Shown: piece by piece, positions 49,425 to 62,929 of the stretch | Layout: each line of letters begins with the position of its first letter | Numbering within the stretch: position 1 is the first letter of the stretch | Origin: Octopus sinensis | Taxonomy: Eukaryota | NCBI RefSeq assembly: GCF_006345805.1 | Contig: NC_043016.1 | Coordinates: forward strand, 12,462,001-12,526,000 | DNA length: 64,000 nucleotides | Reading direction: 5' to 3' | The notes under the pieces: generated by a model | Database searches by the model: none | Told to the model about the DNA's origin: nothing | Seen by the model: the letters and a program-made list of their open reading frames with translations, nothing else | Program-made: the position numbers and the translations under genes

Positions 49425-49585
49425 AGTCACCATATTCCATTCCATAACAGCTGCCTCTGATGAGTGCAGGGTTACATAATCAAATTGTTACCCTAGCATG
49501 AAACCAATTGGTAAGATCAGCCATTTTGGATATATAACACTGTACACTTCAATGATATATATGAGTGTATATATATATATATATA

Positions 49586-49632
<47 letters not shown>

Positions 49633-50164
49633 ATTAGGTTATCAGATTAATTCATAAGTTTGCTCTCTCCTGCCATTTATTTTCATCCTTTCCAAAGATA
49701 TTTGAATTAACATGAAAAATATTTTTATTGTAGTGTTTCATGGTTTTTTTTGTAGTTCTATTCTGCTTCTATTGTTTTTGAAATCTGAATAAATTTTACT
49801 TACTTTCAGGCATATATCAATGGAATGCCAAGTAGAAAAGAAATGACAAAGAAAACAAATAGATTAATTTAACAACCCAACAGATTTGCGGCAAAGAATA
49901 AACAGATTGTTTACAAATGTTATTTAGAAAAATGACAAAATGTCTGCTTACAAAGCAGCTGGACACATTGAGAAATCCAACATTGTTTCATCACCACTAA
50001 AATAATAAAGAATTCTTGTATTTATCGCATTACATTGAATCAAAACATCAGCTTAATACATTAGGAAACCTAACAATGTTATTGTAGTGAGGCTTAGAAT
50101 TGAACCCTTGTTAGCTCAGTAACGAGAAACAGGTTAGAACACATCAGGAAATATTAGCCCAATT

Positions 50165-50560
50165 GTCAACTAATCTGTTGTTGGCACTCCGTCAGTTATG
50201 ACGATGAGTGTTCCAGTTGATCCGATCAATGGAACAGCCTGCTCATGAAATTAAAGTGCAAGTGGCTGAGAACTCCACAGACACATGTACCCTTAATGTA
50301 GTTCTCAGGGAGATTCAACGTGACACAGAGTGTGACAAGGCTGGCCCTTTGAAATACAGGTACAACAGAAACAGGAAAAAAGAGTAAGAGAAAGTTGTGG
50401 TGAAAGAGTACAGCAGGGTTCACCCCCACCCCTGCTGGAGCCTCATGGAGCTTTAGGTGTTTTCATTCAATAAACACTCACAACGCCCGGTCTGGGAATC
50501 GAAACCGTGATCCTAAGACCGCGAGTCTGCTGCCCTAACCACCGGGCCATTGTTCCTCCA
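50165..50560 (-). mobile_element. tRNA(Arg)-headed SINE (OR-like), full length
   Basis: tRNA-like head with TCG in the anticodon position, B box GTTTCGATTCC; third type of 3' body; (CAA)n tail. Confidence 0.78.
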
Positions 50561-50578
50561 TTGTCAACCAATCATATT

Positions 50579-52557
50579 TGTTATAAAGCAGTCTTTTGTC
50601 ACTGTTGTATCTGTCTTTGTACAATGGTTGTTGCTCTAACAGATATTGTTATACTCTGAAATCGTCCATAGGATGTTTCTATCTGGCACTGTATGACCAT
50701 TAGTCATACAGTGTTATTATCCTCAAAAGGTTAGAGCGATATAACACCCACTCAGTATTGCAGTATGATTACTAGATCAATACAGACACGACTATCAACA
50801 CAGTCTGACATGTACTTCCATACTCTATGTACTCTCTGGATACCTGCCAATGTCACCTTACTTATAGTGACTGAATCATTCCACTTGTCATATAGGAGAA
50901 GTGTAATGTTATTACCAATTCCCTGCAACATCTCCCCTTTTAAGTTTATTGTAGGAAGTGTCATTTTATTTAGCAATAATACTTTTATTCATTCCACTGA
51001 CCTTTTTTTTAGTTTTTTTTCCCACAATTTAATGGTTTTTTTTTCTCTTGGCATGTATTTTCAGGAACTCTATATCTTTTCTTGTCCTTTCACTTGTATG
51101 CCTAGGTTCAGTCACCTACAATGGTGTTGGTACTTGGATCATATCAGACAACCATTCCATGGGTTCCTCCAAATTCTTTGGTTCACTTTCCACAAATCTC
51201 TTTTCAGTTGGTTCCTGTATCTCTTTTGTATGCCTTTTCTACTTTTTACCCAACACATAATTTTACTCATATATTTGGTAATTTCACCCTCTTCCCAGTT
51301 TTACTTTCCATTTTTGTATGTCCTCAAAAACACCCTCTCACCAACTTTAAAAAAACCTTGCTATATCTTCCTTGACACATTTTCTTTTCTTGCCAGGTAG
51401 TAATTTATCAAAAACTGACTTTACTTATCTTGCAAACATCAGCTCTGCTAGTGAGCTACCTGCTGGTGTATTCAGATTTGGTGTTACACAGTACACTCTT
51501 TAAAATTGTTGAAACACTTCCTCATCTGTGCTCTCCTTATTTGCTTTTCTTAAAGCTCTTTTGAAGGTACCATCAAAGCATTCTGCCAAACCATTAGATC
51601 TGGGATGGTATGGCACCATAGTTATGTTTTACCATGAACATTTCACAAAATTTTAAAAATTTGCTAGATACAAATTACGTTCCACTGTCATCAATTACTT
51701 ATCCTAAGTATTTGATTTTTTTCTTCAGCAAGAATTTACACTTTTCCTCCACACTGAAGGGAAACTGCTTAAATTTAATACAAGCCACATTGTGTGTTAA
51801 TTTATTAACAAAATGTGAGCATGTACGACTAAAATATTGTTCACCCTTGTTGAAAAATCTGTACAAACTTTTCGTTTGTAATTCTTCTTTTTCATGTAAA
51901 CCGTCGGTGCTGCCCAGTCTGTTTGGTCATTCTTTTCAATTATACCAAGACTTTTCAGTCTTTTCAGTTCTTCGTTAACCTGGTCTATTGCTGCAAACAG
52001 TACATTTCTTTTTGGCCTACATACAGATGTTCCACTTTGTTCTACTGTGATTTTTTTGTTTCAGCCCCTCAGCTGCATTTGAAACTTTGACTGAAGCAAC
52101 TATATTTCTACACAAAACACTTATTATTAAGTATTTATTCCATAAATTGAATAGTTCTATCCACTTTGTGCCAAGTAAGTTAAGGGAATCTTTCAACACA
52201 TATATCTTAACCTTTTTTGTTTGACCTTGAAATGTTATGTTACATATACATTCACTGATAAAATATAATCTGTTTCCCCATAACATCATGAGTTACCTTT
52301 TTAGATTTAATTAATTTTGGCTTACCGATTTATTTCCATGTTATTTCATTTATAATGGTTATGTCACAACCTGTGTTGAAATTAATTTTTACACTCGTAT
52401 TTTTAATTTTCCCATTTACAAATTTTCTGTTCGTTATATTACCCTTTTTTATGATGACAACCTATTCATTTTTTTCTCATTGTTCTGATGTTTTATCATT
52501 GTTCTACAGTGCAGCTTTATATGTCCTATATCTCCACAATGAAAACATTCCACTTTT
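50579..52557 (-). mobile_element. Internally deleted Ty3/gypsy LTR retrotransposon with 3' LTR
   Basis: Protease (NTGCDITII..TW..IGKPKL), RT start (RPKRNVLFA...EEL.RL...GII...DWAAP), integrase (PYHPRSNGLAE; FKVGERVFLR...W..G...KR..NQL); PPT AAAAGGGGAGA (50931-50942); LTR TGTTG...TAACA 50930-50579. Confidence 0.9.
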
Positions 52558-52561
52558 TTAA

Positions 52562-52781
52562 CCTTTTCATTACTAACCCGGCTGAAACTGGCTCTGGCTC
52601 TGAGTACAAATGTCTTGTTTTCATAAATTTCGAATTAAAATCTTCCACCAAACCTTAGTCACAATTTATGTTCCTAACACTAGCTTAATGATAGCTAAGT
52701 TATTTTACTAAATTCTTTGTTATATTTAAAGTAATTCAAAGAAACACAGAGCATCTCAAAATAAATACAGTAACAAAAGGG
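52562..52781. mobile_element. piggyBac-like MITE, same family as 1286-1470
   Basis: TTAA flanks, terminal inverted repeats, shared body aatcttccaccaaaccttagtcacaatttatgttcc. Confidence 0.8.
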
Positions 52782-53572
52782 TTAAGTGAACAATTTTTCC
52801 TCAGGCGCACACCACCACATGCAAATCATGGGTTTAAAAGCTGATGTTTGACGTGTTTTTGGAAAACACATTATCTGTATTCAGACTATTCCGCACTGGT
52901 TTTACTTGGAAACAATCTTTACATTCAATTTCCTCTGTGTCATGTCTTAATTTAAGTATCATTTCACATTCTTCAGACACTTTTTTGCAGGGTTGCATCC
53001 TGGCTTTGCTCCAGCTTTGCAAGAGTTCAAGTTCTGACTTCTGTGTCCCTTTCGGCAGTTAGTCACTATGTAAAAATCAGGCATTTGAACAACTGTAAAT
53101 ATTTCAAAGTATTGTGTAAATAAATGCTATCATAAAAAATTCTTAGATGGCTTTGATTATTTTTAGGGAACAGCACATAGCCAAATACAACCTCACTAAC
53201 CAAAAGGGTCCAGAGGTAAAAAAAATGGTTGAGAAACTCTGATTTAGTCTAAAAGACCCCATTTATATTTTGTTTATTATTAAGGTAACTCACAGAGGTG
53301 CAATGAATCAGACTTTTGTCAGCTCAATATATCCAATGAACTATTCAAATAAGCAAAACTACGTACAAAGGAAAAGAAAGCACAGAGAGAATTAAATATA
53401 CAAATAAACTTGTACTAGTGCACAAAGGTGTATGGGCCAAAATTTTTCAAGGAAAAGGCTGACACAAAAAAAAAATTCCCGAAGAACTGGATCATAAAAC
53501 AAGTGGAGGAAGCTAACTGCATGGTTCTGGGTTCAGTCCCACTGTGTAGCACTTTGGGCAAGTGTCTTTATA

Positions 53573-53734
53573 GGCGCAGGAGTGGCTCTATGGTAAGTAG
53601 CTTGCTTACCAACCACATAGTTCTGGGTTCAGTCCCACTGCATGGTACCTTGGGCAAGTGTCTTCTACTATAGCTTTGGGGTGACCAAAGTGTTGTGAGT
53701 GGATTTGGTTGACGGAAACTGAAAGAAGCCCATC

Positions 53735-53794
<60 letters not shown>

Positions 53795-54029
53795 TATATA
53801 TATGTTTGTGTGTGTATATGTTTGTATGTTTGTGTTTGTCCCCCAACATCGCTTGACAACCGATGTTGGTGTGTTTACGTCCCCGTAACTTAGTGCTTCA
53901 TCAAAAGAGACTGATAGAATAAGTACTAGGCTTCCAAAGAATAAGTCCTGGGGTCGATTTCTTTGATCAAAGGTGGTGCTCCAGCATGGCCGCAGTCAAA
54001 TGACTGAAACAAGTAAAAGAGTAAAAGAG
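53573..54029 (+). mobile_element. Major SINE copy, preceded by an extra partial head (53515-53570)
   Basis: Colinear with 17443-17870. Confidence 0.88.
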
Positions 54030-54994
54030 CAACAGAAATATTGCAACAGTTAAACTTATTGAAACTTATTGTCACATCCAAAAAAGAAGTTCGAATACAA
54101 GAATATTTTCTTCCTCAAACCGAATATATCAATAACCTTAACAACATTTTTGCACATGATTGCATTTGATTTTCATATGTCTGTTCAATACAAATAAGAG
54201 CTCAAAGATTCAGAAAATCTTGTCCCCATTGTGTTTCATTGATAACTTTGCATTCTTTGGGCATTAGAAAAACAACCTAAACAGGGTATAAATCATTGAT
54301 CAAATCTGAACTGTAGTTCTTATGAAATATTGAGCGTTGGAAAGCTGGCCTCTCTGACCCCCAAAATTCACCTCAGCAATGTAAATTAGAGAGAAACTTC
54401 ACAGAGAGAAAAAGAAAGTAAATGAAGCTCTATTTGATTACAACTGGCATTAACACAAAGTTTTCCAAGCTCTGGCAATACTGAGGTTTGCTTCAGTCTG
54501 GCACTGCTAGTGGTTGGAGTGTACAGCTTGATCCTCTGTTATGCACAAACATATATATGGGAAAATAGTAATGTGGGCCACATGTAGTCATTTGCAATAA
54601 ATATATGGGTTGCATCCATTCAATATTACTGGCAAGGTGTTATTTTAAATCAGGGTTGTCAATGTCATGAAGTCTTCTAGTTGTTGGCTTTACCTGATGG
54701 AATACTGCATCTTGTGCTAGCTATCCTGATGGAATTATCTACTGGATGGTTTTGGCCAGTCTTTTCACCACTATGTCCAGTTTTGATGGATTGATTTAGT
54801 TGTCAGAAGCACTTCAGATTTCCCTAAGAGTATAAAGATGAGGTGCTGCGTTCTCACTTTCACTTTGCCATCAGAGTTAACTTGTTGGGCTCCAAGGACT
54901 CCCACTGAGATACCTAGAACACCTACAAACTAAGGATTAAGTCTTTACATGGCTGATTGATCTGTCTGGAATATGAAGCATGACAGAAAATTGG

Positions 54995-55165
54995 TTTGAT
55001 TTGCTAACTCCTTATCAATGGTCTTTAGAAGTTTTCTTTCTCCTGTATTTTTCTGATCACACTGGTGTCCAGAGAGCACAGATTACCATGACAGAGCATG
55101 TCTTTTTCTTGTCCTGTTCAACAATATCTAGCCAATCCTGTTTTGACGTAGTGGTTGTCCGCTCC
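54995..55165 (-). mobile_element. Second RLE-type retrotransposon remnant
   Basis: Homologous to 46510-46690. Confidence 0.68.
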
Positions 55166-55188
55166 CCCTCCATAGGTATATGAAGGGG

Positions 55189-55730
55189 AGGAGACGGGGA
55201 ACTCATCATCATCATTGTTCGACCGTGGTTGAGACAATGGAATTTACCTGGCTACGCCAGACTTCACGGTCCATCATGGCATTACGGAGGTCCTGTTGCT
55301 GGATGCCTGTATCCCTGGAGATTACATCAGGGTAGGAGAGTGTGCACCCTCTGGTATTGTGAGTAGATGGCTTCCAGAAGTAATGATACAGTGAGCAAGG
55401 TAATGAGGATTGGATTGGGGAGTGGGGGTGGGGAATGCTATGATTTGTGAGAATCTGGGTATGTAAGGGTGGGGGAGAGGGGAACGAGAGGAAGTAATGA
55501 TACAGTGAACAGGATAGTGAGGACTGGATTGAGGAGTGGGAGATAATCAGAGTGTATGAAGAGGAAATGTGAGGAAGAGAAGAGAAACAGTTTGGGAAGG
55601 GTGGGATGGAGTTTCGTTTGTTGGAGTAGGGTGTGTGAAAGTCTTATTGTTATGTGGGGGTGGAACACAATAGTTCAGGAACTCAGGTTCGATGATGTGG
55701 GTGGGTCTTTCCCAGAACCTCATATCGCCA
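55189..55730 (-). mobile_element. Nested non-LTR remnants (LINE C-terminus with (ATG)n tail 55189-55390; Penelope-like piece 55420-55730)
   Basis: TLSYPDVISRDTGIQQQDLRNAMMDREVWR followed by (ATG)n; purine-rich decayed region with weak PLE similarity. Confidence 0.5.
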
Positions 55731-55736
55731 GACATC

Positions 55737-56730
55737 TCAGTCTAGTGTCATTTCCTCCATGAGCCCCAATATCCCAAGATCACTCTTCCCCACTTCAACC
55801 CATTTCTCCTTGGGTTTCCCTCTTTCACAGTTGCCATCCACTTTCAGTGACTGGCCCTTTTTTATACAGCTGTCCTCATTCATACGCATCACATGTCCAA
55901 ACCAATGTAATCTCCTCTCTTGTATTCTGCATTTGATTCCTCTTCCGTCCAACTTTTCTCTCAACACATTTGCACTTTGTCATTCATGCACATTAACACT
56001 GCACCTCCAGTGGAGCATTCTGCCTTCATTTTTCTCTAGTTTATGCATGTCCTCTGCATTCAGAGCCCACGTCTCAATACTATGGAATATAGCTGTTCAT
56101 ATGCAAACAACATACAGTCTACCATCCACTCTGAGAGAGAGTCCTATTGTTGCCAATAAAGATAACAGCTCTCTGAACTTTCTCCATCCAATTCTAATTC
56201 TAGAAACAATACTTTCAGAGAATCCAAACTGCTAATTTGGTCACCTAGGTAACAGAAACTATCTACAGCATCAAGAGAGCTTTCCAGATATTTGAGAGAG
56301 TCTAAGTCTCATTTGTTGTTAGTGCTTATTGTTCCTGCACATTTTCCACACACAAAGGTGACCCTATCTGTTAATTTACCTGTAATTCCAAATGTAAGCT
56401 TATGTATCCGTAGCTTACATTTGGTACAGCAAATAAAATTACTTCCCACTCTTTTCTTACAAATTGAGCAGGGCCATTTACCTGACAAAATTAGAATCTT
56501 ATCTGCTTTCTTGCTAACAACCACTTTTGTCTTAGATAGGTTAACTCTAAGGCCCTTTGACTCCAGGTTTTGCTTCCATACCTGGAATTTCTTCTCCATT
56601 TCTGCTACAAAGTCATCAGCATATAGTAGTTCACATTGGCATCCAGTTTTGAATTCCTTTGTTACGGCCTGGAGGATTATGATGAATAGGAGTGGACTAA
56701 GAACTGAGCCCTGGTGAACCCTTACCTGTA
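55737..56730 (-). mobile_element. RTE-clade LINE RT and C-terminal fragment
   Basis: VHQGSVLSPLLF...ELLYADD...GLRVNLSKTK...WPCSIC...C.KC; ERRLHWFGHVMRM (ORF track 56309..56980, 55737..55967). Confidence 0.93.
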
Positions 56731-57889
56731 TGCTAAATTCATCATTCATATACACACCCACACACACACACACACACATATGCACATACACACAAAACAC
56801 ACACACACACATGCACACACGCACACACACATATGCACACACACTAGAAAATCTTGGAAAAGTAGAAAGATGAAATATTTCCAATGCAGTACTCATCTTA
56901 GACTTGGCACTATTTACATTTGTAAATTGTAGTCTTAAGTAAGATTGAAATTCTTCTGGGGTAGAAAATCCAGGTGTCACATCCAGGTGTCACCTAAACA
57001 GACAAGCTGGCTGAAGGCACATGATCTCTTTACTAAAGTAGGTAAGAATGCACTCTTGGTCAGTAAGGTTGTGAAAAAAATCCCTGAAATAAAATTCTGT
57101 CAGGCAAACCCCCTTTCTGAGTGAGCTGGAGTTATTTCCCTTTGACTGGTTCCAGTTGTGTCCAACACAGATCAGTTTATACATGATTATCATTCATTAG
57201 TCAGCAAGCAAAAAAAAGTCAATGTCTCTAACATGAATTTTCTCTCATGAGTGCACTGACTAATCATCCCACTTGGAATTTAAGAAGATTCTGGATCAAG
57301 TAAATTTTTTAGGATCCTAACTCTTTCAGCCAAGCAAGATTTACATTGTCTGCTCCCATTGAAATATTGTCCAGGTTGCCCCAGGAACTTACATTTAACC
57401 TTGAATGGTATTCTCTCTTCTTTTAAACACCATATGTTGCACCTCTCTGGAATCTAAATAAGGACCTGTGATCATTTAGTTGCTACTTAAAGTGGCCCTT
57501 CATTATTCCAACATGCTGTTGTTGTTGTTGTTGTTGTTAAGCAACAAGACAGGTAAGGGTGATTAGGTGATGGTCTAGGGCTTAGGGGCGGGAGAACCTA
57601 GTCCTTGGTAAAAAAAAAAAAAATCTTTGGTCGTCTTGCTGTAGTCGAGGGCTCTTTGTTGACGCCCAACACACCACTGGGAGGTGGCCCTCAAAGTCGC
57701 TGGAAATGGAGATCTCCAGGTCCAAATTCTTGAATGGCTGCTGCTGTTGCTGTCATTGCTGCTGCTGTCGTTATGAGGTCGCAGATATCCACACTGTTGA
57801 ATGTTCCTATTGTCACATCAAAGGAGCCTACTGGTTGGTTTGTTTTATCAAAGGTGAACTTTTATCAAACAGTAGGGTTTTCCTAGCGT

Positions 57890-58250
57890 GCATTATTACA
57901 TCTATATCTCTATCACTAATGTCAATAAATTCTCTAGTGAACATAACACTGAACAACAACACTGAACACCTTTTTGATCTCCATGTGTCTAACACACGTA
58001 GACATGCCTACAAAGTCAGAAAACAACACAGCTCCCATGACTTTCGGAAACATTTTTTCACGCTCAGAGTTGCTGAAGCATGGAATAAACTGCCTGCGTC
58101 AGTTGTTGACTGCCATGACACTGCATCTTTTAAGGCCCTCATGCTTTCCGAAATCCGCCGAAACTACACCTGATTATACATACACTTTAGATGAGTTGTA
58201 GTGCACCTGAGCACTGTACACAATGTTTTTATTATTATTATTATTATTAT
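57890..58250 (+). mobile_element. CR1-group LINE 3' end
   Basis: ORF track 57706..58173 C-terminus SNTRRHAYKVRKQHSSHDFRKHFFTLRVAEAWNKLP; (TTA)n tail. Confidence 0.82.
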
Positions 58251-58378
58251 TATAAGTACCTTAACTAGTAACCCTTTCAATATAAACGAATAAAAGTTCA
58301 GTATACTGAACTGAGTGAACATTACCCTGCCTGTACCCTGCCTGTACACTGGTTTATTTTAAATCATGATATAACTTC

Positions 58379-58860
58379 ACCATCATCATCATTTAACGTC
58401 TGTTTTCCATGCTGGCATGGGTTGGACGATTTGACTAAGGTCTGGCAAACCCGATGGCTGCACCAGGCTCCAATCTGATCTGGCAGAGTTTCTACAGCTG
58501 GATGCCCTTCCTAACATCAACCACTCTAAGAGTGTAGTGGGTGCTTTTACGTGCCACCAGCATGAGGGCCAGTCAGGTGGTACTGGCAATGGCCACACTC
58601 AAATGATGCTTTTTATGTGCCACCTGAATAGGATTCAGTCCAGTGACACTGGCAATGACCTCACTCGAATGTTTTTTCGCGTGCCACCAGTACAAGTGCC
58701 AGTAAGGTGATGCAGATAACGATCACGCTCGAATGGTGCTTTTTACGTGCCACCAACACAGAAGCCAGTTTGTTGCTCTGACAATGATCATGGATGGTAT
58801 TCTTACTGCTCCATTAGCACGGATGCCAGTCATCGAATTTGATTTCGATTTCACTTGCCC
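58379..58860 (-). mobile_element. RTE-tailed SINE with five-monomer array, same subfamily as 6614-7090
   Basis: Colinear with 6614-7090, including position-specific monomer variants. Confidence 0.82.
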
Positions 58861-58969
58861 CAACAGGTCTTCACATAAGTGGGCTGGTTACACACCTGGC
58901 ATAGGCCACTAGGTTATGGTCCCACTTGGCTTGACGAGTCTTCTCATGATGATGAACTTCATTGCTATT

Positions 58970-59200
58970 GTGCCATAATGATAAATTGGATGTTTTCCTT
59001 ATATCGTTGTTAATCTATCTCAAAATATGCTTACTTGCCAACCTCATTTCTGATTTATCTGGGTTAATCAGGCAGCACTTGAGGTTGAAGGTGAAGCTTG
59101 GTTCGTGACTTTCGAGAGATGAAAAGTATTTCTCTTAGCTAATACTCCCCACTCTATCAGTTATCCCTGGATTGCTGGTTAGCTGTTTGGCTTTTTTGTT
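58970..59200 (-). mobile_element. Penelope-like RT remnant
   Basis: KCCLINPDKSEMRLASKHIL..INNDIR matches the PLE motif CRLINPAKSELG..SK.IL..IN..IR. Confidence 0.7.
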
Positions 59201-60067
59201 TAAACTGTTGTATTCATTGTTTATACAATATATCTCTGTGGCAAAGTATGTTCCCTGATTGTTTTTTTCTTCCTTTGTTAACCTTCACCAGCAACAAGTC
59301 TGTCTCTTATTTTCTCTTTCTTCCACAGGTAGTGTTTGTTTGTCTTTTTTGACCTCTCATTCTAACTCTTTCAGTAATTACACCTCTTCTGTCTTCCTTC
59401 CTTCCTTCCTTTTTTCTTTCCTACTTTTCCTTCTCTTAACAGTAACTGATCTTCCCTACAACTCTCTCTTTCCTCCTCCTTTTCCTTATACTTGTACATA
59501 ATAGCAAATATTCTGAACACTTTACATGTCAAGATTTTATCTCCAGCATCTAACTTTATTTATTTGTTTATTTATTTATCTATCTATTTATTTATAAACT
59601 GGTTTCTGAGTTGTATATTTTGAACATCAGGTGTTCAGAATTTGCAATTTAAAAAAAAATTAAAACCATATTTGATTTTTGTTCTGTTTAAATATCACAA
59701 GTTGATTAGGATTTAAGGATTTACAGCTGTAATACCTAGTTGTTTTTTTATGTGAATATACTCAGTTTGCTTTCTATGTGTATAGGTATATTTTTTTATA
59801 TTTATTCTTTTCTTATTTTGGCACAAGGTGAGCAATTTTGAGGGGTGAGTAATTTCATTATGTCAACCCCAGTACTCGACTGGTACTTATTTTATCAACC
59901 TTGAGAGGATAAAAGGCAAAGTCGACATCAGCAGAATTTGAACTCAGAATTGGGGAAATGCTACTAAGCATTCTGCCTGGTGTGCTAATGATTCCACCAG
60001 CTTACAGCCTTATATATTTTGTTTAGATTTATTAGAAATGAAAACGTAAATTTTCAACCTTTTTTTT

Positions 60068-60295
60068 CTTTTTTACTTGTTTCAGTCATTTGACTGTGGC
60101 TATGCTGGAGCAATGCCTTTAGTCGAGCAAATCGACCCCAGGACTTATTCTTTGTAAGCCTAGTAATTATTCTATCAGTCTATTTTGCCGAACCGCTAAG
60201 TTACAGAGATGTAAACACACCACCATTGGTTGTCAAGCGATGTTGGGGGAACAAACACAGACACACAAACATACACACACACACAGACACACACA

Positions 60296-60337
<42 letters not shown>

Positions 60338-61090
60338 ACACACACATATATATATATATACGATGGGCTTCTTTCAGTTTCCGTCTACCAATTCCACTCA
60401 CAAGGCTTTGGTCGGCTTGAGGTTATAGTAGAAAAGACTTGCCCAAGGTGCCACGCAGTGGGACTGAACCTGGAACTATGTGGTTGGTAAGCAAGCTACT
60501 TACCACACAGCCACTTCTGTGCCTTAAAGAATTGAAACTAAAACAAGTGTCCATTATTTTTTGAGAATGTTAAAATACTAATGCTTTCAAACATACACTT
60601 ATGTGCACATGCAATTATGCAGGCATGTACGTGTTGGAATGCATACATGTGCACACATGCATGCACACACATACACGTAAAGTACTACAGCTGTAAATCA
60701 AGGACCATAATATATTTTATCTTTTACTTGTTTCAGTCATAAGATCATGGCCATGCTGGAGCACTGCCTTGAAGAACTTTAGTTGAAGGACTCAACCCCG
60801 GTACTTGTTTTTTTTAAAAACCTGGTACTTATTCTATCAGTCTCTTTTGTCAAACTGCTAAGTTAAGGGTATGTAAACACACCAACACTGGTTGTCAAGT
60901 GATTGTGGGGGACAAACACACACACACATGACAGGCTTCTTTCAGTTTCCATCTACCAGATCCACTCACAAGGCTTTGGTCAGCTCAAGGCTATTGTAGA
61001 ATATATTTGTCCAAGGTGCCATGCAGTGGAACTGAACCCAGAACCACATGGTTAGGAAGCAAACTTCTTACCATATAGTCACACCTGTGG
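60068..61090 (-). mobile_element. Two major SINE copies (60068-60523, ~60720-61090)
   Basis: Reverse complement of 17443-17870; a further copy at 63380-63790. Confidence 0.85.
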
Positions 61091-62237
61091 CAATGCTTCT
61101 GATTAAAAATATGAATAAATTGAGAGAAAAGATTATTTTTTAAATAATAAAAAACATCTGCAGGAAAGATATAAGGTGGAAAGAAATTCAAGATGGTTTG
61201 TGTTCAGGGAGAAGAAAGGCCTGGGTTTAGTGATTAGTGTAGGGTATGGCAGAGGGGACGGACTCAGGTGAGACACATGAAAGAGATGGAGTTGGCATCA
61301 GACCAACAAGACCTCGAAAGGGCAGGTGAGATTATAATGAGAAACAGTGACCTCTACTCTTTCAAGTTGGCTGGCCTCATGCTACTCACACTCTAAATGC
61401 AGAAATCAAATTGTTAAGAGAGAGACATAATGTAGCTCAATTGATTATCAAACTAGCAAATACCAACCCCAAGACACTCCTTACCCCACCCAACCAATCT
61501 TATTGAAATTTTTTTATCTTCACCACTTAGCATGCATATAACTAATTCATCTTGCTTTATTATAGTTTTGGACAAATTTAAGAAGTTTAGAAACCATAAT
61601 TTTATTAAACATAGCAGTTTGTCTTCCTCCCTTTCTGAAATAAAGGACATCACCATGGGTCATTTTTAGCAAAACTGGGGACTTCTGAATGATTCAGCAT
61701 TTAGGATAAATACTTGAGTGCATATGTAATCTGTGTCCAAATACAGGAATCAATGTCTCATCAGGCAATGAAAGCAGCTCTGTAGGAGTTTCAGCTCCTT
61801 TCACCATGACACCAAGGTTGCCCAGGGCTACCCATTAATGTAGGGGACAAAATTCCTGCACAACACTATAACCTTTGTCTAGTTAGGTGCTGTGACTCTG
61901 GGCCTCAATACTCATTCTTGCTACACCTCTCATCCTCTCTTTTGAGCCAGATGTAATGCCATTATGACTATTAGGATCATAAGCTGAACTTTGTTTCCAG
62001 CCCCAAGTGTCACTTTGTTGACCAGATGAAATCAGAAATAGGGCTGCTGACATAAGGAAGGTGTCTTGTCTCTCCTTATGGCATAACACCGATGAAGTCA
62101 TTTCATGGTTTAACCGTTTCATTACCAATCTGCATGAAACCACCTCTGGCTTTGTAGTACAAATTGAAAGAAACACAGAACATCTCAACAGAAATATGGT
62201 CACGAAAGGGTTAAAATATATAATAAACAATCCTTAA

Positions 62238-62446
62238 CCCTTTTGATACCAAATGGCTCTGGCTCTGTAGTACAAATGTCTTGTTTTCATGTTTTGAATT
62301 AAAATCTTCCACCAAACCTTAGTCACAATTTATGTTCCTAACACTAGCTTAATGATAACTAAGTTATTTTACTAAATTCTTTGTTATATTTCAAATTAAT
62401 TGAAAGAGACACAGAGCATTTCAAAATAAATGCAGTAATGAAAGGG
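62238..62446. mobile_element. piggyBac-like MITE, same family as 1286-1470
   Basis: TTAA flanks, CCCTTTT...AAAGGG ends, shared body; a further partial right end at ~62150-62215. Confidence 0.8.
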
Positions 62447-62929
62447 TTAAGGCAAGCCAATTTGATATTATAAGACCTTTATCCATCTACATTGAAAGAG
62501 TTCTGACTGAGCAGAACTAAGATCAAAGGTATTTCCACCATGAACATCCTCCCATTCTCTTGGATATTGCATGCATTATTATTCAGTTTTCATCTCTTTT
62601 CAGGACAGTCTGGTGTGATTTTAGAGTCAGAGTTTACAGTAATGCCATGCCAATAAACTATCATCACATTTTACTGTAAAATAATACTTTATTTCATAAA
62701 ATTTGTCATCATAGACAGTACAAAGATCGTGTAGCTTTGCGGGCTGGACAAACACATTAATGAATGAAAATGAAATATAATGAATAAATGAGAGACGAAA
62801 CCCAACACCTGCCGATTGGATTTTTCTCGAAAACATAATTTCTTTTTTTTAAAAATCAATATGAGGTTTCAAACCTCTTACAAGAAGGAGGCACTAAAAA
62901 CTCTTACAAGCTACTTTCTTTCATTTAGT

